This document shows positions 18,627 to 28,921 of a DNA stretch of 64,000 nucleotides, piece after piece (the first letter of the stretch is position 1; each line of letters begins with the position of its first letter). The notes beneath the pieces were generated by a model, which had not been told where the DNA came from, ran no database searches, and saw only the letters and a program-made list of their open reading frames with translations. The translations under genes and the position numbers were made by a program. The DNA is taken from the IMG/VR virus record IMGVR_UViG_3300022918_000180, one strand, 5' to 3'. This DNA comes from a virus.

Positions 18627-18994
18627 TTGGCCCTCCTTTTCTTGGGAGTGGCCAAAGCGTTTGATGCGATCTTTCCAATTTGACGCAGCACAAATTTCAG
18701 CGTGTCCGGGCATTGAACCATTGGTATTGGCGTGTCGTTAATAGCTTCCAGTGCGCTCCTCAAAGCCTCCCGCTGCTCCAACAGCGTGCTGGCTTTCAAG
18801 CCGGTTCGGGCGTGGATGTTCAGGGCTTCGGCTGCGATTCCGGTGAGTTCAATTGCTCGCTTATAACTTCCCTCGGGCGGATTGCCCCGGAAGATCCTCA
18901 AAGAAAAACCTTCGGGGTGGCCGGGCTCTGCCGCGATTGTTGCGCAAGGGTTATGTTCGTCGAGGATCCAAACGTTTACGGGCGTGGCGGTCAT
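18623..18994 (-). CDS. hypothetical protein
   Basis: AGGAGG SD, ATGA coupling. Confidence 0.55.
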   Translation of the reverse strand: MTATPVNVWILDEHNPCATIAAEPGHPEGFSLRIFRGNPPEGSYKRAIELTGIAAEALNIHARTGLKASTLLEQREALRSALEAINDTPIPMVQCPDTLKFVLRQIGKIASNALATPKKRRAK

Positions 18995-19344
18995 TTGGCC
19001 CTCCTCTCCTTTTCGGCCAGCATGGCGTCGGCCTGCAGGTATGCCCAACTGGCAAGCTGTGCGGCCGGGATCTGCTGCTTGGTGTCGGAAGCCAGCATGC
19101 CGGCCAGTGCTTGTGCGGCGAACCAATCCAGCGTCGAAACACCGGTAGTTATTGAGCAGTAGGAATCCGGTTCAACGAATGGAAACGCCGGGCCGCCGTC
19201 GTTCACGCCTTTTGGCGCGGCCGGCATCTGGATGACCTTGCCTTCGAACCAGTCCTCCGCCTGCTCCCGGGAGATGCCCGGCCCTTCGCGGTCTTCCTTC
19301 GCCGCGTCCTGCGGATCCTGTGGTGTGTTGCCGAAGTATTTCAT
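18991..19344 (-). CDS. conserved phage protein (NDGGPAFP motif)
   Basis: NDGGPAFP...DWFAAQAL...AY..ADAML pattern. Confidence 0.7.
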   Translation of the reverse strand: MKYFGNTPQDPQDAAKEDREGPGISREQAEDWFEGKVIQMPAAPKGVNDGGPAFPFVEPDSYCSITTGVSTLDWFAAQALAGMLASDTKQQIPAAQLASWAYLQADAMLAEKERRAK

Positions 19345-19514
19345 GATTTTTTAGGTGTGGCTTTGGGGGTTTTCTTGTCGAAGCTGTTGATGAACTCAAC
19401 CAGCTTGTCCCTGGCGAGGCCGGACTTGCTGCGTCTGAGGCCGGCGGCGATGACGGCAAACTTGGTGCCTTCCGGCTCCTCCAGTTTGAATCCGATGAAT
19501 GTTCCTTTGGGCAT
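19341..19514 (-). CDS. ribbon-helix-helix (CopG-like) DNA-binding protein
   Basis: 57 aa below the track cutoff: TFIGFKL strand, then two helices with RRSKSGLARDKL. Confidence 0.55.
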   Translation of the reverse strand: MPKGTFIGFKLEEPEGTKFAVIAAGLRRSKSGLARDKLVEFINSFDKKTPKATPKKS

Positions 19515-19528
19515 AATGTTGTGTTAGG

Positions 19529-20122
19529 TTAAAGTTGACCCCACTGGGCAGCCATGGCGTCGGCGATACCCTGGAAGGTTGTCGAGCGGAGTTTCCAGCG
19601 GTCCGCCGAAGGGGCGAGTTTGTTCTGACCGGAGTCGGTTTGATTGCCCCACCGTGATTTCCCGTCAACAATCCGAGGAGGGACGGAGATGGTGGGCTTG
19701 AGCAGCGGCAGGTTCTTCAGCCACAGGCAGGTCGCCTTGCTGGCGTCATTACCAAACTGGTGGGGTTGGATGATCTGGTCCGGTTTACGGATGCGGCTGG
19801 AGATAATGGAAACCGGGTTCTCCAAGGCGATGCGGTCAATGGGCGCCGCCATCAGCAACCGGACGAAATCCAGTGCCTCGTGGGTGTTCTCCCAGCCGCG
19901 GCCCCGGTCGTTCCAGTGGATGCCGGAGACCGACAGGTAGGTGCAGGGAGGGTGAAATACTGCCAAGTCAAAATGCTCATCCAGCAAGTCCCGGATGTCA
20001 CCCTGATGATGCGGGCCGGATCTTTCACTCGGGAGCAGGTCACACGAAATTGCGTCGTGTCCCTGCGCTATGAAAGCGTCCCGGACTACCCCCGAATATT
20101 CACAGCCTACGAGTATTTTCAT
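19529..20122 (-). CDS. DNA cytosine-5 methyltransferase, short phage type
   Basis: ILVGCEYSG motif I, CDL, HPPCTYL catalytic PC, IALENP motif VI. Confidence 0.85.
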   Translation of the reverse strand: MKILVGCEYSGVVRDAFIAQGHDAISCDLLPSERSGPHHQGDIRDLLDEHFDLAVFHPPCTYLSVSGIHWNDRGRGWENTHEALDFVRLLMAAPIDRIALENPVSIISSRIRKPDQIIQPHQFGNDASKATCLWLKNLPLLKPTISVPPRIVDGKSRWGNQTDSGQNKLAPSADRWKLRSTTFQGIADAMAAQWGQL

Positions 20123-20125
20123 GTG

Positions 20126-20233
20126 TTAGGTGATTTTGAAAAACAGGACCAGCATGACGAGCACGAAGCAGGTGGCCGGGTTGTTATGGTTGAAGTGGTG
20201 GATGGCCATGAGGAAGAGGATGATTTTAAGCAT
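20126..20233 (-). CDS. 35 aa two-TM peptide
   Basis: MLKIILFLMAI...FVLVMLVLFFKIT; preceded by TTGACT-16-CATTCT. Confidence 0.4.
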   Translation of the reverse strand: MLKIILFLMAIHHFNHNNPATCFVLVMLVLFFKIT

Positions 20234-20338
20234 GGCGGTGGCCGTAGAATGGCATCCCCGCCGCAGGAGTCAATATTATTTTTTCAAATTTTCAAATTTT
20301 TATTTGCTTCCGGCAAATCCGCGTGATAGGAAACACCC

Positions 20339-21514
20339 ATGGCCAATATCACGACCCGCGAAAAATCACCCTTCTGGATCGCCTGCTACACCGATGCGAA
20401 TAAAAAGCAGATGAAGCGATCCACCAAACTCGCCGCCACGGAGGAGAACAAAGCCGCAGCGATGGAGATGGCCCAACAATTCGAGAAGGCCGCCACCGGG
20501 CAGCTCTCCGTCGCTCAGGCCCGCACGGTCCTGACCGATCTGATGGCCGCGAGCGGACAGGCTATTGAGCCCGTCACCATCCGGCAGTGGACCGAGCGCT
20601 GGCTCGCCCGCAAGAAGCCCGAAGTGGCGAAGACCTCCGGCCTCTTCTACGAGGGCACCATCAACATGTGGATCAACTGGCTCGGACCCAAAGCGTCACT
20701 CGGACTGGCATCCCTGACGCTTGAAAACCTCGTGGAGTTCCGCAACTGGCTGGCCACCCGGGTGAGCAACACCAGCGTGAACCACCGCATGGGGGCCATC
20801 GTCTCCATCCTCCGCGCGGCCCATGCCGAGAAGGTGATAGACTCCAACCCCGGCGAGCACCTGCGGATGCTCAAGAAAGGCGCGGGCGGGCACGGGCGTC
20901 AGCCGTTCACCCCGCAGCAGATCCGCGCCCTCCTGCAGGTCTCCGATCCCGAGTGGCGCTCGATGATCATCCACGGGGCCTACACCGGCCAGCGGCTCTC
21001 GGACGTGGCCATGCTGCGGTGGGAGAACATCGACCTTGCCCGCAAAACGATCAACCTGCAGACGCGCAAGACCGGGCGCTGGATGAACCTACCCATGGCC
21101 GACGCCCTCTACGACCACCTGCTGGCGTGGAACGCCGGCCGGGAGAGCCGCAACACCCAGTTCCCGGAAAAGGTCCACCCCTACGTCCACCCGGACTCCG
21201 CGGGCCACGTCCTGCGCACTGGCCTCTGTGCCCGCCTGAGCAACGAGTTCGCGGAGATCATGGTCAACGCCGGCATCCGCAAACTGGACGCGGAGGTTGC
21301 CGAACCGGACCGCTCCGAGGAGCGCACCCAGTTCTCCCACAGCTTCCACTCCCTGCGTCACACCGCCACCAGTTGGATGCGCGAGGCGGGCGTCTCCTCT
21401 TCCGTGGTCATGGAGTTCATCGGTCACGATGACGCCACCATCAGCCGCATTTACACCCACACCGGGGACGACGCCATGCGGAAGGCGGCGGAGTCCCTGC
21501 CAGCTTTAACCTAA
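20339..21514 (+). CDS. int: tyrosine recombinase / integrase
   Basis: TGQRLSD (R), TRKT (K), HSLRH, IGH, IYTH catalytic residues. Confidence 0.93.
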   Translation: MANITTREKSPFWIACYTDANKKQMKRSTKLAATEENKAAAMEMAQQFEKAATGQLSVAQARTVLTDLMAASGQAIEPVTIRQWTERWLARKKPEVAKTSGLFYEGTINMWINWLGPKASLGLASLTLENLVEFRNWLATRVSNTSVNHRMGAIVSILRAAHAEKVIDSNPGEHLRMLKKGAGGHGRQPFTPQQIRALLQVSDPEWRSMIIHGAYTGQRLSDVAMLRWENIDLARKTINLQTRKTGRWMNLPMADALYDHLLAWNAGRESRNTQFPEKVHPYVHPDSAGHVLRTGLCARLSNEFAEIMVNAGIRKLDAEVAEPDRSEERTQFSHSFHSLRHTATSWMREAGVSSSVVMEFIGHDDATISRIYTHTGDDAMRKAAESLPALT

Positions 21515-21521
21515 CACACTT

Positions 21522-21848
21522 ATGAAACTACAACCTACGGATATTGAAGAGGGAATCATGCTGGCTGCGCTCTACAGAATCGGCAAGGCTCACCCATATG
21601 CCGAGTTGAAGGCGAACGAGATCGGAGACATTGTTCTGGATGCCATGAGGTCCAATACCGAAGTCGTCACTAAAGAACGGGATGCACTCCGGGAGGCTTT
21701 GCGGAAAGTATTGGCTCCGTATGACGTGATGGGAAATTTCGGCGGAAGCGAGTGGGGGCATAGAACGGAAAACATAAAGCAGGCGAGGAGCCTCGCTTAT
21801 CCCAACACCAAGGACTTCCTCTACACCCCGCAAGCGGAATGGAAATGA
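21522..21848 (+). CDS. hypothetical protein co-oriented with the integrase
   Basis: 108 aa; CTAACACAC leader. Confidence 0.6.
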   Translation: MKLQPTDIEEGIMLAALYRIGKAHPYAELKANEIGDIVLDAMRSNTEVVTKERDALREALRKVLAPYDVMGNFGGSEWGHRTENIKQARSLAYPNTKDFLYTPQAEWK

Positions 21849-21861
21849 TGCCACCTGCGGG

Positions 21862-24800
21862 CTAGTAAACCGTCTTTTTGCTGACCTTCTTTTTCTTCGG
21901 CTTCACCGGCTCCTTCGCTTTGATCGCGTCCAGTCCGGCCTGATGCGCCGCGGCCCCGATGTCCTCCAGAATCTCACCGGCTTCGGACAGGGCTGCCTTG
22001 TCGTCAGGGTCGATGTCCGCGAGGCCCTTTTTCATGGGCTTCAGCTTCTTCGTGCCGTCGCGCACCCGGTCGATCTTGAGCGTGCCGTCGATGGCCTGCA
22101 GCATGCCGGCATACCGCGCCTTGCCCGAGACCAGGCTGTAGTCATACCACTCGGCATCGGTCAGGACCCGTTCGACCTTCTTCTCGATCTCCGGACGGGA
22201 GTAGGTGGTGGGCTGCTTCCCGGTCTTCGACATGAACCCGTAGACCTTCTGATCCTCCTCGGTGATCTCGCGGGAATACCCGGGAGGCAGCCCGCTGAAC
22301 TGGCGGTTGGTCAGCTCCGAGCCGGAAGGGTCCGGGCGCAGCGGCTGACCAAACATGTTGATCGCCGGTTTCAGATCGTTCCAGTAATGGGCAAATGGCA
22401 GGTTGCTCCGGAGCCCCAGTTCGAGCTGCTCCGGGTGACTCCACGTCCTGATCCAGCGCTCGCTGCCGCTGTAGGGCAGGAGCGGGGACAAGCTGAACCC
22501 GGCCTGCGAGCCGAGTTTGTTCACCGTCATCCCGCGCTGCAAAGAGTCGCGCATGCCGCCGATGTTGCGCATGCCGGTGGTGATGCTGGCCAGACCCAGT
22601 TGCTTCATGGCCCCCCACAGCGCCATCTCCGGCCGCAGGGCCTCTTCTTTTTTCAGCTTGCTGTCCATGGTGGCATCACTCACGCCGGCCAGCATCATCA
22701 GCGGTGCCTTCAAAGGTTCGAGCGTGCCCCGCTGGAAAGGGATCACTGTGACCTTGCCGTCCTTGTCCGTCTTCTCGATGGCGAACGGAGTGTGGGTGCG
22801 CCGCCAGGCTTTGGCCTCCTCGGGGAACCGGGAGGCGTCGGGGCCGTAGCCGTTGATTTTCCAGTCGTCATCGTCCTGCCACTCCTTCAGAGCGGCCAGA
22901 GCCACCGCCAGAATGGCGTTGCCGACAATGGCTTCCTTCATGCGCTGGCGCACCTGCATGGCGTTGCCGAGACTGCGCTCGTAGGGGTTGTCCTTCTTCC
23001 GGTCGCCCTTGGCCCAGGCGCGGTAGTTCATGAAGCTCAAAAGCGCGAATGGCGAATACCACAGGGAAGCGCGCGCGGCGTTCAGCGGGATGCCGACGAA
23101 GCCCAGCATGCCGCGCCAGAAGATGCGCTGCAGGCTGCCCTCCATGGCGTTCCCATCCTCGATCTCCTTGCGCGCGCGGCGGAACTGGTCCTCGCCGATC
23201 TGCTGGGCTTTGCCTAACGCCCAGTCCGGCACGTTCCAGATGCTGGGCCGGTCACGTTTGTTGCCGACAAAGGCTTGGAAGTCCGCCTCGTCCGTGGCGT
23301 CTTCGAGCAAAGTTGACATGGCCTCGCGGTGCGCTTCCGGAGTGTCCTTGTGCGCGGCCACCAGTTCTTTCCAGCGGGCCCATTGACGGTCCTGCACGTA
23401 GCGCCGTTTGAGCGTGCCGTCGTAGCCCAGGGCGTCGGCCTCCAGCTCGATGGCGTCGGTCGTGAATCCGTCGGCCTTCATCGCGGTGGCGATTTCGGCT
23501 TTGGAAATGCCGCTCTTGCGCATCAGACTGCGGACCTCACGGGTTTCGAAGTAGCGTTGGAAGCCGGCCACGGAAGCGGAGTCCGCGGCGTTCATCGCCT
23601 GCCGGAGATAGTCCTGCGCGGACCGCGCGAACCGCACCACGGCCAACCCCTTTTGCAGAGTGGTGGACGCCGGGTTGGCCAGCACTGCGCGCTGCCTGGC
23701 CATGTCCCGCTTGAGCGCCGAGACCTCACCCAGGCTCACCGCGGAGTCGCCCATGAAGTTGCCGCCGCTGTCGTATTTGAAGGCGTTGGGCAGCTCCGCG
23801 GCGTAGACATCGACCGCGGAGAGGAAGGAGTCCATGACATCGCGGGTCTTCGTGGGGCTGCCGAGACCGAGCATCAGGTCGGTGCCCAGCGTGGCCGCTA
23901 GCCGTCCGACCGGGCCGCTGAACTGGACGGCCATGGTGGTGCCGCTCGACAGCGCGGAGGCGTCGTAGCTGGCAGCCAACAACTCCCAACCACTGGCGGC
24001 TTTGCCGAACTTGCGGTCGATCAGGTCCCGCAGTTTGGCGGAGGCTACGCCTTTCTCGGAAGGGAAATATTGGTCGCCGGAGAGGATCGTCTCCCAGGTG
24101 GCGATCTGCGCGTGTTCGGCGGCGGTCAGCGGCTGGATGCCGGTCACGCTGGAGAACCACGCCTGCCAAGGGGTGCCGTCGGTCATGAGCCCAAAGCGGA
24201 TGGCCTCGCGGATGGACTCCTTGTTGTTCCGGTATTTCTCCGCGAATTCCGCATTGCCCACCGCCTGCGAGCCCACCCCGCGCCGGCGGGTGACGTATTT
24301 CTCCTGCTCCTGATAGATCACGTTCGCCATCACACGCGAGACCATCTCGTCCATGGAGACGGACAACCGCGCGGCGAGGGCGTCGTCGATGCCATTGTTT
24401 TTGAGCCAGTTGGTGATCTGAAGCTGCCGCCATGCCGCGCTGTTACGGTGCTCCGGCGGGGCCTTCATGAAGGTTTTGACGATGCTGCTGACGGGTAGCT
24501 TCCTGACCAACGGACCGATCTCGTCGTCGAGAATGGATTTACCAGCCCGCAGTGAGGCATTCAAGGCACGCTCGGATTTCATCCGGGCTCTTTTTTCCTC
24601 AGCCGAAGCAGCCAGCAAATTGGCAGATTGAGCGGAAAGACCGAACGACCCGAGAATTTCGGCGAGCTTTGCTTCCGAAGTGTCGCCGCGCATCCATTCA
24701 AAGATCGCTTTTTTCAGCCGTTGTTGCTCCGTCGGAGGCACCTTGGCTTTGGGGTCCCTTAGAAGCTCCTCAGCCAACTGTTCGGCGTATTCATCCAGGC

Positions 24801-27423
24801 TTTTGGGTTTGGTTTTTCGCGTGGACGAGCCTTTACCTGTCGGGTCAGCGGTTTCCGCCTGCACCGCCGCGGCGTCCGCGATCCGCTGCAGCGTGGCCAG
24901 CGCACTTGCCACCCCTGGTCCTTCCGGGGAGGTGTTCGCGCTGGCGAAGATGTCCTCGACCTCATTGGCCGTGAGGGTGCGGGTGGCCATGGCCTGACCC
25001 AACGCTTCGATGGAGGCGTCGGTGAACCCCATGGCCTTGAACGCGAGCTGGTGCGATTTAGAGATTATCTGCATGAACTCCGTGAGCCGGGCTCCAACGC
25101 CGGCACTGGATCCGAGCAGCCGTCCGCGGTCACCACGGGTCAGGGCACTGGTTCCGGTATCGAGGATGAGTTGGTCATTGGAGATGCCCATGATGCGGGA
25201 AAACGCACCCGTCTGCCCATGGATCGAAGACAGTGCGGCGGCAGCCTGCACCAGGTTTGTGTATTGCAGATCAGCGGCGGAAATATTACGTTGGCCGGCA
25301 AGCTCCGGCACGGTGTTCAGGTAGGCGCGCAGCTCGTTGGCATATTTTGCGGCGTCTTCTGCGCTACCGGTCAGGCGGCTGAGGTCCGTGTTAATTTTAT
25401 CGTGGAGGGCATTGCGCTGCTGTTCCGTGAGAGTGGAGAGCACGGATTCAATATCAGATCCCGGAACATGGTTCTCGATGATGCCGTCGAACAGAGGAAC
25501 CTCCAAGGCTTTCCGGGTGGCCTTCCTCGCTTCGTAAAGTTTGGTCTCGTTCACCAGCCTTTTGTCGAAGCCGAACCACTTTTCGAAGATCCCCGGCGCG
25601 CCCTCGGGAGATGGCAGGGTGACATCCGGGCTGCTCTCCGCGAAGAGCTTGTTCAGGTAGGGCCGGACATCCTCGCCGAACTCCGTCACCATGTCCCGGC
25701 TCCAGGCTGCGAAGTCGCGCACGCCGCGGGCCACCAGCAGGCTGCCTTTGACGGCGTAGGCCGCGAGCAGCTCAGGGTTGGGCACGCCGCTCAGGAGTTG
25801 CCCGCGGTTCTCGACGATGGTGCGGTTGGCCCACGCCTCTGCGCGCTCCACCACTCCGGGGGCGGGCGTCTCGGATTGAGCAGCGGACTGCTCAATTGGG
25901 GCCTCAGCGGGGCTATTTGGGAGAGATTCTGCGCTTGGTGTTTCGATGGTCAGCGGTTCAGCACCAGCGGGTAATTCGGGAATTAGGGCTCCGGCGCTGT
26001 CAATCACTGGTTGAACGCTACCCACGTTGCCGCTCAAAATGGGCGCTTCCTGAGTGACAACGGAGGGCAATGCAGGCGCGGCTCCTTCCGTCATGGGGAT
26101 CCCCATATCGACCGCCGGAGGGGCAACCGATGGGATTTCCGACATCGGAATTCCGGCATCGACGATTGGTGCCGTCAGTTCTACGGAGTCCTGCGATGTT
26201 CCACGTAGAACTTCCGGTTCCACAGCAGGAGGTTCCACAGGCACGATCACCTCCTCAGCCGGAGCAGTGTCCTGTCGTTTCGCCTCAATCTGTGCCGCGA
26301 TCTGCGCGGTCTTCAGGACCTCGGCTTCAACCTCGGGAGTGGGTGCCACCGCCAAAGCACCGGCGACCACGGCGATCCGCTCGGGCGGGGCCTTGGCTTC
26401 CATGGCCGTCAGCTCCTCCTCGGTGATGGGCGCGGGGGCTGCCACCGGGCGGATGCTCTCAACAGAGGCGCGGCCGGTTGCGGGACGAACCACCGGCGCT
26501 GTCGGAGCGCCGGGCTGCACGGGAGCAGTGAACCCGGCAGGCGGAGGGAGATTGGTGACGGGCGCGCGGGTGGCACCGAGCAATGGCAGGGACATCACGC
26601 CGCCGGCGACACCGCCGAGGGCTCCGGCTTCGAGGTTGCCTTCGAGATACCCCGGGCGGCGCTGCCCGGCGGCTGCGGCTTCCTCCTCGGAGACCGCCGC
26701 GTTGACCAAAGTATTGTTGAGAGTGTTGGCGGCGACTTCCTCCCCGGCCTCCTGCCCCACGGCCATGCCGTAGCCTACCGACGGGCCGCCAATGCCGCCC
26801 ACGCCGAACCGGCGCGCCAAAGCGGATTCCGCACCGAACCCGCCGAGTTTCTCCGTCCCGGCTTCAATGACCCCGCCGGCCAGGGTGAACGCGGCTTTCT
26901 TCCACGGGTCGTCATCGACTTCGAACTGGCGCGCTGTGTCCTCACCGGCGTCCGCGCCTTTGGCGAACATCGAGCCTGCCGCCATCTGACCCACGCGTCC
27001 GATCTGTCCGGCAGCCCCAAGGAGCTTGGCACCGGTCGCGTATTCGAGCACCTGCTCGGCAGCCCCGCCGACGACTTCCCCGGCCTTCACCGCGAACTCG
27101 TCCTGATTGGCGGGGTTCACCGGGAAGGTCTCGGCTCCGAAGGCTTTCACGTCGCGCCCGGCCTGCTGGAAACCGTTGTCGCTCAGACCCGGGATCAGGG
27201 AGCCCAGGTCACCGATGCCTTCGATCAGCGAGCCCACGCCGCCTACCGCGCCACGCCCGGCCGCATTGCCTGCGGAGGCAGCAACGGACTGTCCGGTGTT
27301 GGCATGCTGGTTGCTGATGTTGGACACCTCGGCGTCCAGTTCCGCAGGCGTTAGTTCACGGTCGGACTCAACAACATATTGGGTGCCGTCCGGCAGGTCG
27401 ATAGTCCATTCGTGTTCAGCCAT
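21862..27423 (-). CDS. large internal virion / DNA ejection protein
   Basis: 1853 aa; Ala/Gly-rich N-terminus, Pro/Glu linker, helical body, no Cys; last and largest of three genes after the nozzle gene. Confidence 0.65.
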   Translation of the reverse strand: MAEHEWTIDLPDGTQYVVESDRELTPAELDAEVSNISNQHANTGQSVAASAGNAAGRGAVGGVGSLIEGIGDLGSLIPGLSDNGFQQAGRDVKAFGAETFPVNPANQDEFAVKAGEVVGGAAEQVLEYATGAKLLGAAGQIGRVGQMAAGSMFAKGADAGEDTARQFEVDDDPWKKAAFTLAGGVIEAGTEKLGGFGAESALARRFGVGGIGGPSVGYGMAVGQEAGEEVAANTLNNTLVNAAVSEEEAAAAGQRRPGYLEGNLEAGALGGVAGGVMSLPLLGATRAPVTNLPPPAGFTAPVQPGAPTAPVVRPATGRASVESIRPVAAPAPITEEELTAMEAKAPPERIAVVAGALAVAPTPEVEAEVLKTAQIAAQIEAKRQDTAPAEEVIVPVEPPAVEPEVLRGTSQDSVELTAPIVDAGIPMSEIPSVAPPAVDMGIPMTEGAAPALPSVVTQEAPILSGNVGSVQPVIDSAGALIPELPAGAEPLTIETPSAESLPNSPAEAPIEQSAAQSETPAPGVVERAEAWANRTIVENRGQLLSGVPNPELLAAYAVKGSLLVARGVRDFAAWSRDMVTEFGEDVRPYLNKLFAESSPDVTLPSPEGAPGIFEKWFGFDKRLVNETKLYEARKATRKALEVPLFDGIIENHVPGSDIESVLSTLTEQQRNALHDKINTDLSRLTGSAEDAAKYANELRAYLNTVPELAGQRNISAADLQYTNLVQAAAALSSIHGQTGAFSRIMGISNDQLILDTGTSALTRGDRGRLLGSSAGVGARLTEFMQIISKSHQLAFKAMGFTDASIEALGQAMATRTLTANEVEDIFASANTSPEGPGVASALATLQRIADAAAVQAETADPTGKGSSTRKTKPKSLDEYAEQLAEELLRDPKAKVPPTEQQRLKKAIFEWMRGDTSEAKLAEILGSFGLSAQSANLLAASAEEKRARMKSERALNASLRAGKSILDDEIGPLVRKLPVSSIVKTFMKAPPEHRNSAAWRQLQITNWLKNNGIDDALAARLSVSMDEMVSRVMANVIYQEQEKYVTRRRGVGSQAVGNAEFAEKYRNNKESIREAIRFGLMTDGTPWQAWFSSVTGIQPLTAAEHAQIATWETILSGDQYFPSEKGVASAKLRDLIDRKFGKAASGWELLAASYDASALSSGTTMAVQFSGPVGRLAATLGTDLMLGLGSPTKTRDVMDSFLSAVDVYAAELPNAFKYDSGGNFMGDSAVSLGEVSALKRDMARQRAVLANPASTTLQKGLAVVRFARSAQDYLRQAMNAADSASVAGFQRYFETREVRSLMRKSGISKAEIATAMKADGFTTDAIELEADALGYDGTLKRRYVQDRQWARWKELVAAHKDTPEAHREAMSTLLEDATDEADFQAFVGNKRDRPSIWNVPDWALGKAQQIGEDQFRRARKEIEDGNAMEGSLQRIFWRGMLGFVGIPLNAARASLWYSPFALLSFMNYRAWAKGDRKKDNPYERSLGNAMQVRQRMKEAIVGNAILAVALAALKEWQDDDDWKINGYGPDASRFPEEAKAWRRTHTPFAIEKTDKDGKVTVIPFQRGTLEPLKAPLMMLAGVSDATMDSKLKKEEALRPEMALWGAMKQLGLASITTGMRNIGGMRDSLQRGMTVNKLGSQAGFSLSPLLPYSGSERWIRTWSHPEQLELGLRSNLPFAHYWNDLKPAINMFGQPLRPDPSGSELTNRQFSGLPPGYSREITEEDQKVYGFMSKTGKQPTTYSRPEIEKKVERVLTDAEWYDYSLVSGKARYAGMLQAIDGTLKIDRVRDGTKKLKPMKKGLADIDPDDKAALSEAGEILEDIGAAAHQAGLDAIKAKEPVKPKKKKVSKKTVY

Positions 27424-28918
27424 TTGGAGCAGCAGGTGATTTGGTCTTCCGGATAGTTACACCCTGCGTCTTCGGCTGCACAACTTTTCTGCGGTTCAAT
27501 TCCTGCTGGGCCGCGGCTTGAACGAACTCGGAAATGGCCACTTCACCGGTGCGGCCGGTGGCTTCCTTGCGGTCAGCACCGGGGGGCATCTGGAAGTTGG
27601 CTTTGATCCGCTCGGCGATACCTTCCGCGGGGTCGTAGGCCGGGCCGGTGATGTATTCCACGAGGGAGTTGCGGGTGCCGCCCTGGGCGAGCGCCTCCAA
27701 CTCCTCGTTGGTGGCTTCCTTGAGATTTGCCGCGCGGTAGGCTTCCGCTTTCCCGGCGTTCCAGAATTTGTTGGCCTCCTCGTCGGTGGCGGACTTCGGC
27801 AGCAGGCCGATACCCACGGGTGCCGGCTCGGCCTGGGCGGCGGGAACATCCGCTTCCAGATTCCCGGTCGCGCGGTTCAGGCTCAGGGTCTGCCCCGCCC
27901 GGCTGTTGGGGTCCTGCTCGATCCGGGGCGCGTCAGTGAGCACCTCCGCGCGCGGAGTCGGAGCATTCAGCTTTTGGATAGCACGGTTCACGGTCTCAAG
28001 CTCGATCTCTGCGGCCGGATCCGGTTCGCCATCTTCCAAAGCTGCCTCGGCTTTCGCTTTCCGTGAGAGCAGGCCGTTCATGATGGAGTTCTCCGACTTC
28101 ATCCGGTCGTCCTCCATCTTCTGACGGCGGGCGATGGAGAGCGGGTCCATGGGGAGTTGACCCTGCGCACCCACGGGCGGGGCCGCGGTGAACGCTGGAG
28201 CAGGCGTTGCATAGCTCGGAGGAGCACCGGCGACCGGAGTGTTGTCCACGGGGACCACTGGCGGGGCCAGCAGGTCCGCGCCGCCACCCGCGTCCGCCGG
28301 GTCATATGTGCCGGCCGGGATTGGCTCCATGATCAGCGGGTCCGCTCCAGGCCCCGAGGTGGTGGACGGCAGGTCGTAGCCCGGGTCGGTGTAGCCGGGA
28401 CCGGCGGAAGGGGTGTATCCAGACGCGCCCGACGGCTCGTAGCCCGCAGGCTGAATGACCGTCACGGCGTGGGGAGGCGGCATGCCCATGGCCACGGCGT
28501 CGGCATTGGCTTTGTTCTGCACGGCGGTGAGCGGGATGACCTTGGGGCGGCTCGCTGCGGTGGGCCGCCAGAACTTCTCCGGATTGGTGCGGCGCTCTTC
28601 CGCCAACATGCGGGCCTCCTCCTGCGCGGCAATCGACGCGGCGTCACGGTTGATGTTCGACATGGTGGCGGCGTAGTTCAACCCGCCGGGCTGGTCCTGC
28701 GCCTGCTGGTAGGCAAACTTCATTTCCGTGAGACCATATTGCGCCATCTGCTGCTCGTGCTGCCGTTGGCGGTTCTGCTCCTCCAGGCGTTGGTTCTCCT
28801 TGGCCCGGCGGTCGGCGATCATCATCTGTTCGCGGGCGAGCCGCTGTTGCAGGCCGAGCGTGACCGCGCCGAGCACGTTGGGCTGCTGACGTTCGTAAAA
28901 GTTGATGGGGATGGCCAT
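27416..28918 (-). CDS. internal virion / ejection protein
   Basis: 500 aa, Gln/Pro/Ala-rich, no Cys; podovirus-type synteny. Confidence 0.55.
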   Translation of the reverse strand: MAIPINFYERQQPNVLGAVTLGLQQRLAREQMMIADRRAKENQRLEEQNRQRQHEQQMAQYGLTEMKFAYQQAQDQPGGLNYAATMSNINRDAASIAAQEEARMLAEERRTNPEKFWRPTAASRPKVIPLTAVQNKANADAVAMGMPPPHAVTVIQPAGYEPSGASGYTPSAGPGYTDPGYDLPSTTSGPGADPLIMEPIPAGTYDPADAGGGADLLAPPVVPVDNTPVAGAPPSYATPAPAFTAAPPVGAQGQLPMDPLSIARRQKMEDDRMKSENSIMNGLLSRKAKAEAALEDGEPDPAAEIELETVNRAIQKLNAPTPRAEVLTDAPRIEQDPNSRAGQTLSLNRATGNLEADVPAAQAEPAPVGIGLLPKSATDEEANKFWNAGKAEAYRAANLKEATNEELEALAQGGTRNSLVEYITGPAYDPAEGIAERIKANFQMPPGADRKEATGRTGEVAISEFVQAAAQQELNRRKVVQPKTQGVTIRKTKSPAAPNG

Positions 28919-28921
28919 GAT

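Noticed and set aside
21862-27423. Tape measure protein or RNA polymerase call for the 1853-aa ORF
   Set aside because: No major tail tube, tail chaperone frameshift or periodic Trp/Phe repeats; no DxDGD or T7-type RNAP motifs; context fits podovirus ejection proteins
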